A DNA stretch of 64,000 bases from Candidatus Poribacteria bacterium (lineage in GTDB: Bacteria; Poribacteria; WGA-4E; WGA-3G). This document shows positions 40,527 through 50,395 of this stretch, in pieces. The notes under the pieces are model-generated. The model did not search any database, was not told the origin of the DNA, and saw only the letters and a list, made by a program, of their open reading frames with translations. Position 1 is the stretch's first letter. Each line of letters opens with the position of its first letter. Location: contig OZ251518.1 of assembly GCA_965242965.1 (NCBI GenBank), positions 1,984,001 through 2,048,000 of the forward strand, in the 5' to 3' direction. A program made the position numbers and the translations under genes.

Positions 40527-42062
40527 CTATTGGCTCTGAATCACGACGGCTGCTTGGACGACGCGTTGTCCATCCTTGGATTGCAACCCCGGCGTGATGA
40601 CTTCAATGATGGTGCCGGTTTCAAACTCGCTGGCGCGCGCGCCTTTGAGTTTGTGGTGCCGGCTTGACACCTTCGTCACCCCAGTCTCAATCGGCATCAC
40701 TTCGTAATCCATGAGTTCGAGGAACCAGTTGAGTCGCTTCGGCATCGGTTCTGGATGCGTGCTTTTCGCAACGTTCAGGAACAGGACATCCCGCACGAAT
40801 TCAACGAGGAACTTCTTGAAAGGGAGCATCTCCACCTTTGCGGCGTGCTTTTTCTCGAGGTTCGCGAGTTTCTTCGTGAAATTCTGGATGTATCCGTTGC
40901 ATTCGTTGCGGATTTTCTCTAAGTCGCGCTCATTATCGGCGATAGGACCGGCGGCGAAGACTGTGGGTGAAGGGACAGATGCGCCGCGCGTCTGCTTGAG
41001 CGTCTGCTTGAGCGTCGCTTCGATATCGGCGAGCGTTTCAACGAGTGCTTCCTGCTTCGCTTCCTCCCGCCAAGCGGCGATTTCGTTCACCATCAGGTTG
41101 AGGAGAAACACCGCGGTTTCTTCTTGGCTGAGCGTCTCGGCATCCCAATTTTCCAGCACGAGCCCGCAGCCATCTTCATAATCCTTCTCCAGTTTCGCAA
41201 TCCTGTCGTGGAGTTCGTTCTGAACGCGCTCCCCTTCTTCCCGATAGTGTGCCTTGTTCCGCCGGGCACCGGTGGGGAGTCTTAGCGCGTGGGCGAGGTT
41301 TCCGAAAACACCACCCTTTTGCACCGGTGTAGCCGATGCTGTTCCGCCGATGTTGATGGCTGCGCGCGCCTTCTTCCGTGCCGCGACGGCACTCGGCGGC
41401 AGAGACGGAATGGTAATCTGGAACCCAAAATTCGTTTCCGGCAGTGCGTCCAACCGATTCATGATGGCAGGCTTTGTGGGCAGTGCATCGTCAGCAGCGG
41501 GCGGCAGGCTTTGCGGTGCGGGCGGCAAAACCGCCTTGACAGGTTGTGCTGCCGGTTCACTCTCCGGTGCGTCTTCGGCTGCCGGTTCATTCTCGACAAG
41601 CGTTTCGGCTGCCGATACCGGTCGCGCTTCTTCCTCTTCGGCAGTGATTTCAGGCGATGCATCCTCATCCTGCGGCACCTCGGCGAGGTGTGATTCTTCC
41701 TCTTCCCCGGCTGCCTGGTCTGCAGCAAGCGTTTCTGCCGGTTCCGGCATTTCGCTTTTGAGACGTTCCAATTCTTCGACGATCTTCTCGATGTGCGTCG
41801 AGATAGGTTCGTAGTTATCGACGAAAAAGGTCAGGCGGTACGCCTGCATTACGTCTGTAGGCATAACGGCGGATTGCTTCTCATCGGCGAGGTTAAAATC
41901 GGTCCAATTGGCGCGTCCGCTGATAGGCAGCCGTTGATACATGACGCGCACGCGCCGCTCATGTTCTGCCAGGTTTTCCAGATTCATCAGGATTCGCTGC
42001 CCATTGGTACTGAAGGATACCTCGATGTCTCGAAAACGACCGGTTATGCTGTTTGTGGCCAT
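40527..42062 (-). CDS. Hypothetical protein with GrpE-like C-terminus
   Basis: AGGAG RBS; GTIIEVITPGL...RVVQAAVVI resembles the GrpE beta-domain; acidic Pro-rich linker. Confidence 0.65.
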   Translation of the reverse strand: MATNSITGRFRDIEVSFSTNGQRILMNLENLAEHERRVRVMYQRLPISGRANWTDFNLADEKQSAVMPTDVMQAYRLTFFVDNYEPISTHIEKIVEELERLKSEMPEPAETLAADQAAGEEEESHLAEVPQDEDASPEITAEEEEARPVSAAETLVENEPAAEDAPESEPAAQPVKAVLPPAPQSLPPAADDALPTKPAIMNRLDALPETNFGFQITIPSLPPSAVAARKKARAAINIGGTASATPVQKGGVFGNLAHALRLPTGARRNKAHYREEGERVQNELHDRIAKLEKDYEDGCGLVLENWDAETLSQEETAVFLLNLMVNEIAAWREEAKQEALVETLADIEATLKQTLKQTRGASVPSPTVFAAGPIADNERDLEKIRNECNGYIQNFTKKLANLEKKHAAKVEMLPFKKFLVEFVRDVLFLNVAKSTHPEPMPKRLNWFLELMDYEVMPIETGVTKVSSRHHKLKGARASEFETGTIIEVITPGLQSKDGQRVVQAAVVIQSQ

Positions 42063-42313
42063 GTTATGTTCTCCTATAAACATTTTGGGTTGTTCCTAGC
42101 GGTGGTATGCAAGTGAGGACAACTTCCTCACCGCCTGCACAGCCTAGTCGCCGCGAAACAACGCATTACAAAAGACAAAAAGTCTCTGTCCTGATTAAAT
42201 AGAAAAACGTTTTTTGTAGATTTAGGTTACAAAACTGACATAGCCATTTGATTTTTCGCCTGTGTTGATGCTCTGAAACTCCCTCATAAACGGTGAAAAA
42301 ATGGAGAATTGCC

Positions 42314-43058
42314 GGTAGGAGAGCCCTCCCGGTCTTGACATTTTCCGGTAGGAGAGACCTCCTGGTCTCGATGCAATTCGGTAGGCGTTCACGAAAAAAA
42401 ACGCCACCCTTCCTCGTAGGGCTTGGGCCCTCGCATGCCACACGCGCAGGCGAGCGGGTTTCCCTCGCCAGCGTCCGCGCGCGCCAGACCTCCTCCCTCT
42501 GTAGGGCAGGATCGCCAGATCCTGACCCGTTTGTGATCAGGCGATCACAAACTACAGAGGGGGAGCTCACCGTAGGGCGAGGGCCTGTCCCTCGCCAGCG
42601 TTCATGCACGCGCACTCTAACGATCGCGGGGGACAGGCCCCCGCGCTACGGTGGAAAAAACGGTTTATGTTACCGTAGGGCGAGGGCCTGTCCCTCGCCA
42701 TGCCTCGCGCTACGAAAAAAACGTCTCTTAGGTCCGTAGGACCTTAATGTCTATAGCAGCCGAAACGCAAAAGGCACTAAGGTCCTTTAGGTCCTTAATA
42801 TTCTTTAACGCACAACATGTTTTCCCATTAAGGACCTAAAGGACCTTGACGTGGGACCTGCACGTTTTTCTATAGACATGTAGGTCCTAAAGGACCTAGA
42901 CGCACATCGTAATGATGGACAACGCGGGGGCCTGTCCCCCGCGCTACGGGAACATCGAGACCGGGAGGTCTCTCCTACGGCATTGCATCAAGACCAGGAG
43001 GTCTCTCCTACCCCAGGAGGACGCACCTACCGAACGCATCGAAATATGAAACACCCTC
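42314..43058. repeat. Large REP mosaic ending in a solo MITE end
   Basis: All four hairpin families present; TATGAAACACCCTC at 43045..43058. Confidence 0.85.
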
Positions 43059-43175
43059 AATTAATCTAGTCTCATAATTAAACCACACAAAAAACCGTTT
43101 GTCAAATGAATTCGACTTAAATTTTCGGATAAAAATGCATTTTTGGGGGAGAATCCGGACTTTCTCCCGCCAAAT

Positions 43176-46100
43176 TCACCGTTGGATAAACATTTTCCGC
43201 GTCGCACGGAAATGCCCCGCCTCAATAGTATAGAAATAAATGCCACTTGCCACAGGTTCACCGCTAGCATTCCTGCCATCCCAATACGCTGTATGCGCGC
43301 CGGCACGCTGATGTCCAACTGCCTTGACATGGACGCGCCTACCTGTCGCATCGTAAATGGACAGCGTGACAGGTGCCGCGGCGGCGAGTTGATACGGAAT
43401 CCATGTCTCCGGATTGAACGGGTTTGGATAGTTCTGCCCGAGGTGAAACACACCGCTGGACGACAGAAATGCCTGTTCCTGTTCTACAGAAAACTGCGAT
43501 GCATCTTCTACGGCGAGTTTAAAACGGTGCGGATGCACCTGAAAAACGCGCAATTGATACAGGTCAGCGACGTATAGAACGGGCGCGCCTGAGCCCGTTG
43601 TTTCAAGTTTGAGTTCAAAGGGATAGCGGAGTCCATCAAAACGTGAGATGGAGGTCAGCGCGTGCTTGTCAATAATCTGAAGGCTCTCGCTATCTAATAA
43701 ATAGAGATAGTTTTCATGCACTTCGGCATCAATAGGAAGCGCGCCGTTTGCGTAGAGTCCTATCTGTCTCGGTTTGTCCGGTTCACTAATGTCTAACACG
43801 ACAACGCCGACGCGGCTGTCCAACAGATACGCGCGTTCCGATGCTGGTGCAATTTCAGTCGCGTTGCCTTGCGTGGCGTAACTGGAGACGCGGCGAGGCA
43901 TAGCGGCTTCCGTAATGTCAAAAATGTGCATGCCACCTTCTAGGGCGGCAATGTAGGCGTGTGAACCGTCAACCGCAATCCGATAGGCACTGCCGCGCAT
44001 ATCACGTTCGGCGATAGTGACGAACTTGTCAAGTTCAACGACGATGAGGGATTCTGCGCAGAGGTAGGCGTAGTCTTCATGGATAGCGATGTCCGTAACA
44101 GGGTTCGCTGTCGGGATATGCGTTACAAGCGTGTTGCCTGCCAAATTGACAACGGACATCCCTGTTTCGGTTGCGACGAAGCCGCTAGGCGCGTTTTTCA
44201 AGCGCGCTACGCGGACTGTGGTGGCGGATGCCGGGAGGGGCAATGTCTGTGTCACGGTGCCGTCGTGAGGAGTTGTCAATTCAATAGTCTTCAATCCGCC
44301 TGCGCCGTTTGCGATGTAGACAGCGCGTTCTCCATTTGGCTGTTCGCTTGTATCAAGTCCGTACGCTGTGCCATCAGATGCGTAGCGGTGCGTCCATTGC
44401 GGCGCGTGCGGCGTGCTGACATCGATGGTTTGGATGCCCCCTTTTCCATCGGCGACGTAAGCGAAATTGCCCCACAACGCGACATCGTTTGCGTTTCCGA
44501 ACGTTGGCTGCGAAGAAAGCCATTGCGGTTGCTGAGGTTTGCGGACATTGATGAAGTGTAATCCCGCCTGCCGGTCTGTGAGATAAACGGTGTCGTTATG
44601 CAACTGAATGCCGGTTGCGAGCCCGGGGGTATCTAAACTGGCAATGATTTCCGGTTGGAGAACGCGAGGGACAGGTGCAGGGGGATTTTCGGCTTGAGCC
44701 TGGATATTGACAACGCGGAAATTGCCACCGGCGACGTAGACGGTGCCTGTATCTGTTACCGCAAAATCGTGCGCGAGGAGAGGGACAATGCCTTCTGTCA
44801 CAAAATTGCCGAGGGGACTCGGTTTGAGGATATGAAGTCCCTGCCTGCTATCGCTGAGATAGACGGTATCGTCCGCGATGGAGATATGGAGTGGAATGCC
44901 CGCGGTTTTAAAGAATCGCCGCGGCCTCGGCGTTGCAGCATTCTGCGTATCGGGTTGGTTAAAAACGAGCAGGCCGCGTTCATTATCTAGGACATAGACT
45001 TTTCCATCGGCGATGTGAACTTTGCTCGCGTTGGTGAAGCCGCCAAGCGTTTTGATAATTCTCGGTGCAGGCGGCGAATTGATAGCGATGAGATGCACGC
45101 CTCCCTCCCCATCGGCGACATACGCCGTATCGGCATCCACGGTGACTCCTTGTGCCTTTCCCGGCGTTGCGATTTCACCGACGCGGGCAGGTTTACCCGA
45201 ATCCGTAAGCGCGAAGATTTCTAATCCCCAATCGCTGGCTGCGCAAAGATAAGGTTCGCCAGTCTCGGTGAGGTGGATTGCGACATCATGATAGTCGCTG
45301 GCGAGGTGGAGTTGCGTCATCGGCTCAAGGATATAGGAGACATTCGATTTCTTCGCGCTTGGTTGCGTTCGGTTGCCGAGAGAATGGGTTATCGCGTGCG
45401 GTTCGCTTCGTGATTGAGTCGGTTGCCTCGGTTCGCCGACTAAGGGCAATTCGGGACCGGAGTTCCCTCCTACCGCGACATATCGGAGCGTTTGTGGCGC
45501 GTCTGCCGTTACTATCAGAACAATCTGGCCATTTTGTTGTAAGTCGTCAAACCGAATCTTTCCGTTATTTTGTGCATCGAATTCAATTATAGTGGACGCG
45601 CTTTGTAACCGCGTCGGTGCAGCGGAAGGCAAATAGAGTGCCGAGGCATGGAGGTTTCCAACTTCGTCTCCATTGAGCGCGATTTCAAGCGTTGATGGCA
45701 GATTTTGAAACAAGATGTAGTGCGCACCCCACGTTTCAATTGGGATAGTGTTAGCAGCAGTCGGGTAAGTGCGGACACGCCGGACGGTAGCCGTAACCTT
45801 CCGATTACGCAGGTTTTGATAACCAAGCTGTTTGGCGCGAGTGGTATTGTTCAGCCAATTGGCGAGTCCCCAGTTCAGAAAGGCATCTGCAAAACGTTCT
45901 TCAGTAGGAGAGCCTCCCCGTTCTTGTAATGCGTTCTCAATTGCCTGTTGTCCAAGGGCATCCTCTTCCACAATTTGGCGGATGAGGGGCGCGCCGCCAT
46001 ACTGTTCATAGAGATAGAGCAGCAGCATGAACGCGCCGCCGTAATAGATATTCGGGGTGTTGGCATAAGTGAGAGAAACTTCCGGGGCGGCGAGATAACC

Positions 46101-46859
46101 GTCGACATAAATCGTGTGGACATTACCGTAGACTGCCCATTCAGCGAAGCAGGCGATGCCTTCCTCTAGCCATCGCTGATCGGTGGTGCCGCCGTTCTGA
46201 AACCAGTTAATGAGATGTCCGAATTCGTGCGCGAGACTGCTGTAAAAGGTGTGTCGGGCGCGTTCACGGAACTGATAGATGTCCATGAACAGCATTTCGC
46301 GCCGATTGCTATTGTGTGCCGTTGGGAGCTGATCTGCCGGTGCGAAGTAGCCGCCATAATCACGTCCAGAGGCGTTCATGCCGACATCGTGCATCAACAG
46401 CGTAATGCGGTTGTCTCTATCGAGCCCCGGGCGGAATTCAGTGCCCATCCACTTGCGGACTTCAGGATAGATGCGCGCGTCAAACTCCGCCGCAATGGAT
46501 ACCGCTTCCGCATCCGTGAGTAGATGCCGCACCGAGTTTTCAACGTAGACGTAGAGGTGTGCGCTTATGGCGACGCAGGTAGCCTTCACCTCCATCTCTG
46601 GAATGTGGATAAAAAACCTGTCTATCTGTCCGAGTTGGACAGGGGCTGCGGGGGCATGTTCATCCAGCAGGAGAGCCCTCCCGTTCTCGATTTCTTCGTG
46701 TAGGTGATGGCGATGGGCAGCCCGCCGCGCCCTGTCAACCAGCAACGGAGTGCCGCACTGCCACGGGGCAGCACCGTAGGCATGCCAACCCTGTGTGAAG
46801 TCAACAGCGGACACCACAAGAAAAATGAGTATGAGGGAGAGAGAAAACTTTCTCATCAT
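43176..46859 (-). CDS. Secreted zinc metallopeptidase (M30/immune inhibitor A-like) with LVIVD repeats and FlgD-Ig/T9SS-like tail
   Basis: Signal peptide, AHEFGHLI...WLEEG, repeated YVADG.GG..I.DV units, LGQNYPNPFNPETWIP...WDGRN..GE.VASGIYFY. Confidence 0.85.
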   Translation of the reverse strand: MMRKFSLSLILIFLVVSAVDFTQGWHAYGAAPWQCGTPLLVDRARRAAHRHHLHEEIENGRALLLDEHAPAAPVQLGQIDRFFIHIPEMEVKATCVAISAHLYVYVENSVRHLLTDAEAVSIAAEFDARIYPEVRKWMGTEFRPGLDRDNRITLLMHDVGMNASGRDYGGYFAPADQLPTAHNSNRREMLFMDIYQFRERARHTFYSSLAHEFGHLINWFQNGGTTDQRWLEEGIACFAEWAVYGNVHTIYVDGYLAAPEVSLTYANTPNIYYGGAFMLLLYLYEQYGGAPLIRQIVEEDALGQQAIENALQERGGSPTEERFADAFLNWGLANWLNNTTRAKQLGYQNLRNRKVTATVRRVRTYPTAANTIPIETWGAHYILFQNLPSTLEIALNGDEVGNLHASALYLPSAAPTRLQSASTIIEFDAQNNGKIRFDDLQQNGQIVLIVTADAPQTLRYVAVGGNSGPELPLVGEPRQPTQSRSEPHAITHSLGNRTQPSAKKSNVSYILEPMTQLHLASDYHDVAIHLTETGEPYLCAASDWGLEIFALTDSGKPARVGEIATPGKAQGVTVDADTAYVADGEGGVHLIAINSPPAPRIIKTLGGFTNASKVHIADGKVYVLDNERGLLVFNQPDTQNAATPRPRRFFKTAGIPLHISIADDTVYLSDSRQGLHILKPSPLGNFVTEGIVPLLAHDFAVTDTGTVYVAGGNFRVVNIQAQAENPPAPVPRVLQPEIIASLDTPGLATGIQLHNDTVYLTDRQAGLHFINVRKPQQPQWLSSQPTFGNANDVALWGNFAYVADGKGGIQTIDVSTPHAPQWTHRYASDGTAYGLDTSEQPNGERAVYIANGAGGLKTIELTTPHDGTVTQTLPLPASATTVRVARLKNAPSGFVATETGMSVVNLAGNTLVTHIPTANPVTDIAIHEDYAYLCAESLIVVELDKFVTIAERDMRGSAYRIAVDGSHAYIAALEGGMHIFDITEAAMPRRVSSYATQGNATEIAPASERAYLLDSRVGVVVLDISEPDKPRQIGLYANGALPIDAEVHENYLYLLDSESLQIIDKHALTSISRFDGLRYPFELKLETTGSGAPVLYVADLYQLRVFQVHPHRFKLAVEDASQFSVEQEQAFLSSSGVFHLGQNYPNPFNPETWIPYQLAAAAPVTLSIYDATGRRVHVKAVGHQRAGAHTAYWDGRNASGEPVASGIYFYTIEAGHFRATRKMFIQR

Positions 46860-47095
46860 AAGGCGACTGCCGATGGCCGTTCTTGAACCACAGGAATGAC
46901 GTAACTCCGAATCGTCATTTCAGCAATCTGTTCCGTTTTTACCTGCGGTTCTGGGGTTTGGCGATAATCGAAGACGACATAGTATCCCCGCGTGACACCC
47001 TCTAGTTTGAGATATTTCGCGAGCTGCTCTTTGCCGGCTTGATAGGATTTTTCGCCTTGGATTTCTGTCCGAATTCGGTGCTTTATCTGCATCAT
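46856..47095 (-). pseudogene. Short remnant resembling the C-terminal nuclease-like tail of AAA-ATPase proteins
   Basis: GKEQLAKYL...GYYVVFD only; ATGA-coupled to the peptidase; TTGACA-18-TAAACT promoter directly upstream. Confidence 0.5.
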
Positions 47096-47163
47096 GTTAA
47101 GTTTAACACAGCCTAGTGGAAATTGTCAAGGCGGACAATAAACTAAATAGGCCTGATATTAAG

Positions 47164-47418
47164 AGGGTGTTTCATAAATCTGTGTAGGAGAGCCTTCCCG
47201 ATCTCAATATCGTCCGCGCACTCCAACGCTCGCGGGGGACAGGCCCCCGCGCTACGGGAAAAAACGCCACCCCCTTCATCGTAGGGCGAGGGACAGGCCC
47301 TCGCCTGCGTGCGTGCATGCGGCATCCAACGCTCGCGGGGGACAGACTCCCGCCCTACGGGAAGAAATCAAGACCCGGAGGTCTCTCCTACCGCACGCAT
47401 CGAAATATGAAACACCCT
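47164..47418. mobile_element. MITE-like cassette with REP cargo
   Basis: AGGGTGTTTCATA / TATGAAACACCCT flanked by a perfect 9 bp direct repeat GATATTAAG. Confidence 0.85.
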
Positions 47419-47470
47419 GATATTAAGTATACCTGAAACGGACTGAATTGTCAAAAAACAGAGATTTTCC

Positions 47471-47500
47471 TTGACATCGCGGTTAACTTTGTGGTATCAT
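47471..47500 (+). promoter_or_regulatory. sigma70 promoter
   Basis: TTGACA-18-TATCAT with extended TG; AGGAGG RBS follows. Confidence 0.6.
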
Positions 47501-47529
47501 AATAGAAAAACAAAAAGGAGGCATCTGTT

Positions 47530-48120
47530 ATGCAGAGTCTATTTGAAATGTTGATAGGTGTCGGGACATCGTTAGTCGCAACCGGCATCGGTGTCCTCGC
47601 CGCTTGGCTGTGGAGCCGTAAAAAACGGGATGATGAGTCGACAAACCGGATTCACCGGCTTGAAATCCTGGTCGAGAGTTTGTCTGAAAGAGCTGACAAC
47701 CTCATCGAAAACTTGGGAATCAAATTTGATAACCTTGCCAAATTTGTCTCTTTGTCCATCCGAGATTTTGAGCAGGAGCGCGAACGTGATAAACAAGCGT
47801 TTGAAGAATACCTTGCGCGGATGCAAGAAGAACTTGAACGCGACCGCGAGTCGCTGCAGCAAAAGTGGGAAAGTGAGCGTGAGTTGCTGCAGCAAAAGTG
47901 GGAAAGTGAGCGCGAATTGCTGCAGCAAAAATGGGACCGCGAGCGCGAACTTCGGCAGCAAGAGTGGGAGCGCGAACGCGAACTTCAGCAGCAAGAGTGG
48001 GAAAAGAACAGCGATCACATTGTGAAAGCTGCCGCGCTGGAAGCCCTCAAGGTGCTGGAAGCCAGCAGGACATCCCCGCAATCGGATTCAAAAACACCGC
48101 CCAGGGACTCCAACGGCTGA
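47530..48120 (+). CDS. Membrane-anchored coiled-coil protein with 11-aa repeats
   Basis: N-terminal TM; ERE.LQQKWES-type unit about five times (33 bp tandem). Confidence 0.75.
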   Translation: MQSLFEMLIGVGTSLVATGIGVLAAWLWSRKKRDDESTNRIHRLEILVESLSERADNLIENLGIKFDNLAKFVSLSIRDFEQERERDKQAFEEYLARMQEELERDRESLQQKWESERELLQQKWESERELLQQKWDRERELRQQEWERERELQQQEWEKNSDHIVKAAALEALKVLEASRTSPQSDSKTPPRDSNG

Positions 48121-48194
48121 GCCCTAAGCACAATAATAGGACGAGGCGATGAAACCCCGTGCTTCATTGCCTCTTCCCGCTAACAGACGAAAAC

Positions 48195-48614
48195 ATGAAA
48201 CCTTACGAATACCTTGAACACACCGCCGATATGGGCTTAAAAGTCTTCGGCGAAGATTTGACGGCACTCTTCACCAACGCCGCGCAAGGACTCTTTGAGA
48301 CAATAGCTGTCGTGGACACGATTGACGAAACGGCATCGGTGCAGCTCCACGTCACAGCGGATTCGGTTGAGGAGCTCTTCGTCGCATGGCTTGATGAACT
48401 CAACTTCCGACACGAGACAGAAGCTATCTTCTTTAAGCGCGCACACATCGCTCACTGCAGCGAGACGGCTGTCTCGGCGGAGGTCTACGGTGAACCGGCG
48501 AATTTTGATAAGCACGAAGTCTATACGGAGATTAAAAGCGTCACCTATCATCAATTGCAGGTTGTGCAGAATCCGGACGGCGGGTGGTTTGCCCAGGTCA
48601 TTTTTGATTTGTAA
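48195..48614 (+). CDS. Archease
   Basis: YEYLEHTAD, EIKSVTYH, VIFDL terminus. Confidence 0.92.
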   Translation: MKPYEYLEHTADMGLKVFGEDLTALFTNAAQGLFETIAVVDTIDETASVQLHVTADSVEELFVAWLDELNFRHETEAIFFKRAHIAHCSETAVSAEVYGEPANFDKHEVYTEIKSVTYHQLQVVQNPDGGWFAQVIFDL

Positions 48615-48700
48615 AAATTAGTTAGGGAATGTCGTCATCTGCAACGTCAATAACGTTGATGATGGCTTCCGCAGAAAGAGTTGCTCTCCCCAGTAACCCT

Positions 48701-50395
48701 TTACCGAACGCCTCGCGAATGACGAATTTCCTCAATACGGATATGCCGATTCGGTTTGACGTTTTCAAGCGTATTCACGGCACCGCTTGGCCAGCGAACC
48801 ACGATTTTATCAATTTGAGCCCGGGAGGTATCTTCTACCGGCGTGCTATTGCCCAGTCCGAAGATGGCGGTGAGTTCACTCTGGGAGCAGTAACTTGAAC
48901 CGCTCTTGACGGTATGCGTCTGTGTGCCTAGCGCGGAGGTGACGCGAATTTGCGCACCGATGCCATCGCTGTTGCTAGTTTGCCCGATGAGCGAAATCTT
49001 AATCCACGCGTTGCGGTTACCTCCATCGTTACGAAAGAGATACGCGGGCCCGTTGGAGGTAGTCACAAGTAAATCCCAGTCGCCATCGTTATCAATGTCA
49101 CCGTAGGCGGCCCCTCTGCCGACAAGCGGTTTCCCCAGAGCAGCGTCAACATCCCTGAGGATATCCGTGAATTTGCCGTTCGCCTGATGATGAAATAGGT
49201 GCGGCGGCTGCGCGTACGTCACTTCACTCTGGATGGCGTTGATGTCCGTCTCCACATGTCCGTTGGCGGTGAAAATGTCTAGGCTTCCATCCAGATCGAA
49301 GTCAAAAAAGAAGCATGCGAAGGTGAGTGTCAACAGCGATGCATTCCCGATGTGCGCGATGGGGGCATCGTCAATAAAAAAGTCGCCTTCGTTGTGATAG
49401 AGGTTCAGCATCTCATTAGAAAAGTTCCCGATGACGAGGCTCTCCCGACCGCTTCTGTCGTAGTCCGCCGCGTCAATGCCCATAGCACCGGTGGCGATGC
49501 CGTTTTCGTTATAGGCAATGCCGGCGAGCATCGCTGTCTCGATAAACGTGCCATCGCCGTTGTTTTGATAGAGTTTATTGGGCTGCGTGTCGTTCGCTTC
49601 AAAGATGTCTGGCCAACCGTCGCCGTTGTAATCAAAGATACACACGCCGAGGGATTTGCTGGTGTTATCCTCAATCCGTGCGATGCGGGAGACATCGAGA
49701 AAAGTGCCATCGCCTCGGTTTCTAAAGAGTTTGCTCGCTTGCCCGGTGTAGGATTCGGGAGTGCAATAGGATTTGTTCGTGCCATCCAGCGTGCAGAAAA
49801 TATCAGTTTCGATGCTCCACTCCACATAGTTCGCGACGTAAAGATCGAGGTAACCGTCTCTGTTATAGTCAAACCACGCGCAGCTCGTTCCGAAGCCGGG
49901 GTTATGGATGCCCGCGGTTTCTGTCACGTCAAGGAACGTCCCATCGCCTTGATTTTGAAAAATCCGGTCGGTTTCAAGGCAGCTGATGTAAATATCCGAG
50001 TCTTTGTCGTTATCGTAATCTGCGACGGCGACTCCCATACCATAGAGCGGCACTGCGAGCCCGACAACTTCGGTGACATCGGTGAAGGTGCCATCGCGGT
50101 TGTTCCTGTAGAGTGCCATCGTCTGCCGTTTTCCGGTTGGGTGCCCTGGCCAATCTTTGCCGTTGACAATGAGAATATCCTGCCAGCCGTCCGAGTCATA
50201 GTCCAGAAAAGCGCAGCCTGAGCCCATCGTTTCGGGGAGATATTTCTCGCCGAAGGCACCGGTGTTATGCACGAAATTGATGCCTGCCGCGCGCGTGATG
50301 TCTGTCCATTGCGGTAGAGATTGCGGTAGAGATTGCGCTGAGACTGTGAGGTAGCCGCAGCAAATATAGCAGAGTAGGGTTGCTAACGTTTTCAT
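48701..50395 (-). CDS. CRTAC1 family protein (FG-GAP repeats + ASPIC/UnbV)
   Basis: Repeated DYD.DG..D motifs, GRGAAYGDIDNDG, SGSSYCSQ..FGLG. Confidence 0.9.
   Translation of the reverse strand: MKTLATLLCYICCGYLTVSAQSLPQSLPQWTDITRAAGINFVHNTGAFGEKYLPETMGSGCAFLDYDSDGWQDILIVNGKDWPGHPTGKRQTMALYRNNRDGTFTDVTEVVGLAVPLYGMGVAVADYDNDKDSDIYISCLETDRIFQNQGDGTFLDVTETAGIHNPGFGTSCAWFDYNRDGYLDLYVANYVEWSIETDIFCTLDGTNKSYCTPESYTGQASKLFRNRGDGTFLDVSRIARIEDNTSKSLGVCIFDYNGDGWPDIFEANDTQPNKLYQNNGDGTFIETAMLAGIAYNENGIATGAMGIDAADYDRSGRESLVIGNFSNEMLNLYHNEGDFFIDDAPIAHIGNASLLTLTFACFFFDFDLDGSLDIFTANGHVETDINAIQSEVTYAQPPHLFHHQANGKFTDILRDVDAALGKPLVGRGAAYGDIDNDGDWDLLVTTSNGPAYLFRNDGGNRNAWIKISLIGQTSNSDGIGAQIRVTSALGTQTHTVKSGSSYCSQSELTAIFGLGNSTPVEDTSRAQIDKIVVRWPSGAVNTLENVKPNRHIRIEEIRHSRGVR

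Noticed and set aside
3935-47325. Many short ORFs containing ARGPVPR, RARACPSP, GRRDLPVS or RSFRSL
   Set aside because: They are translations of intergenic repeats, with no RBS or domain support
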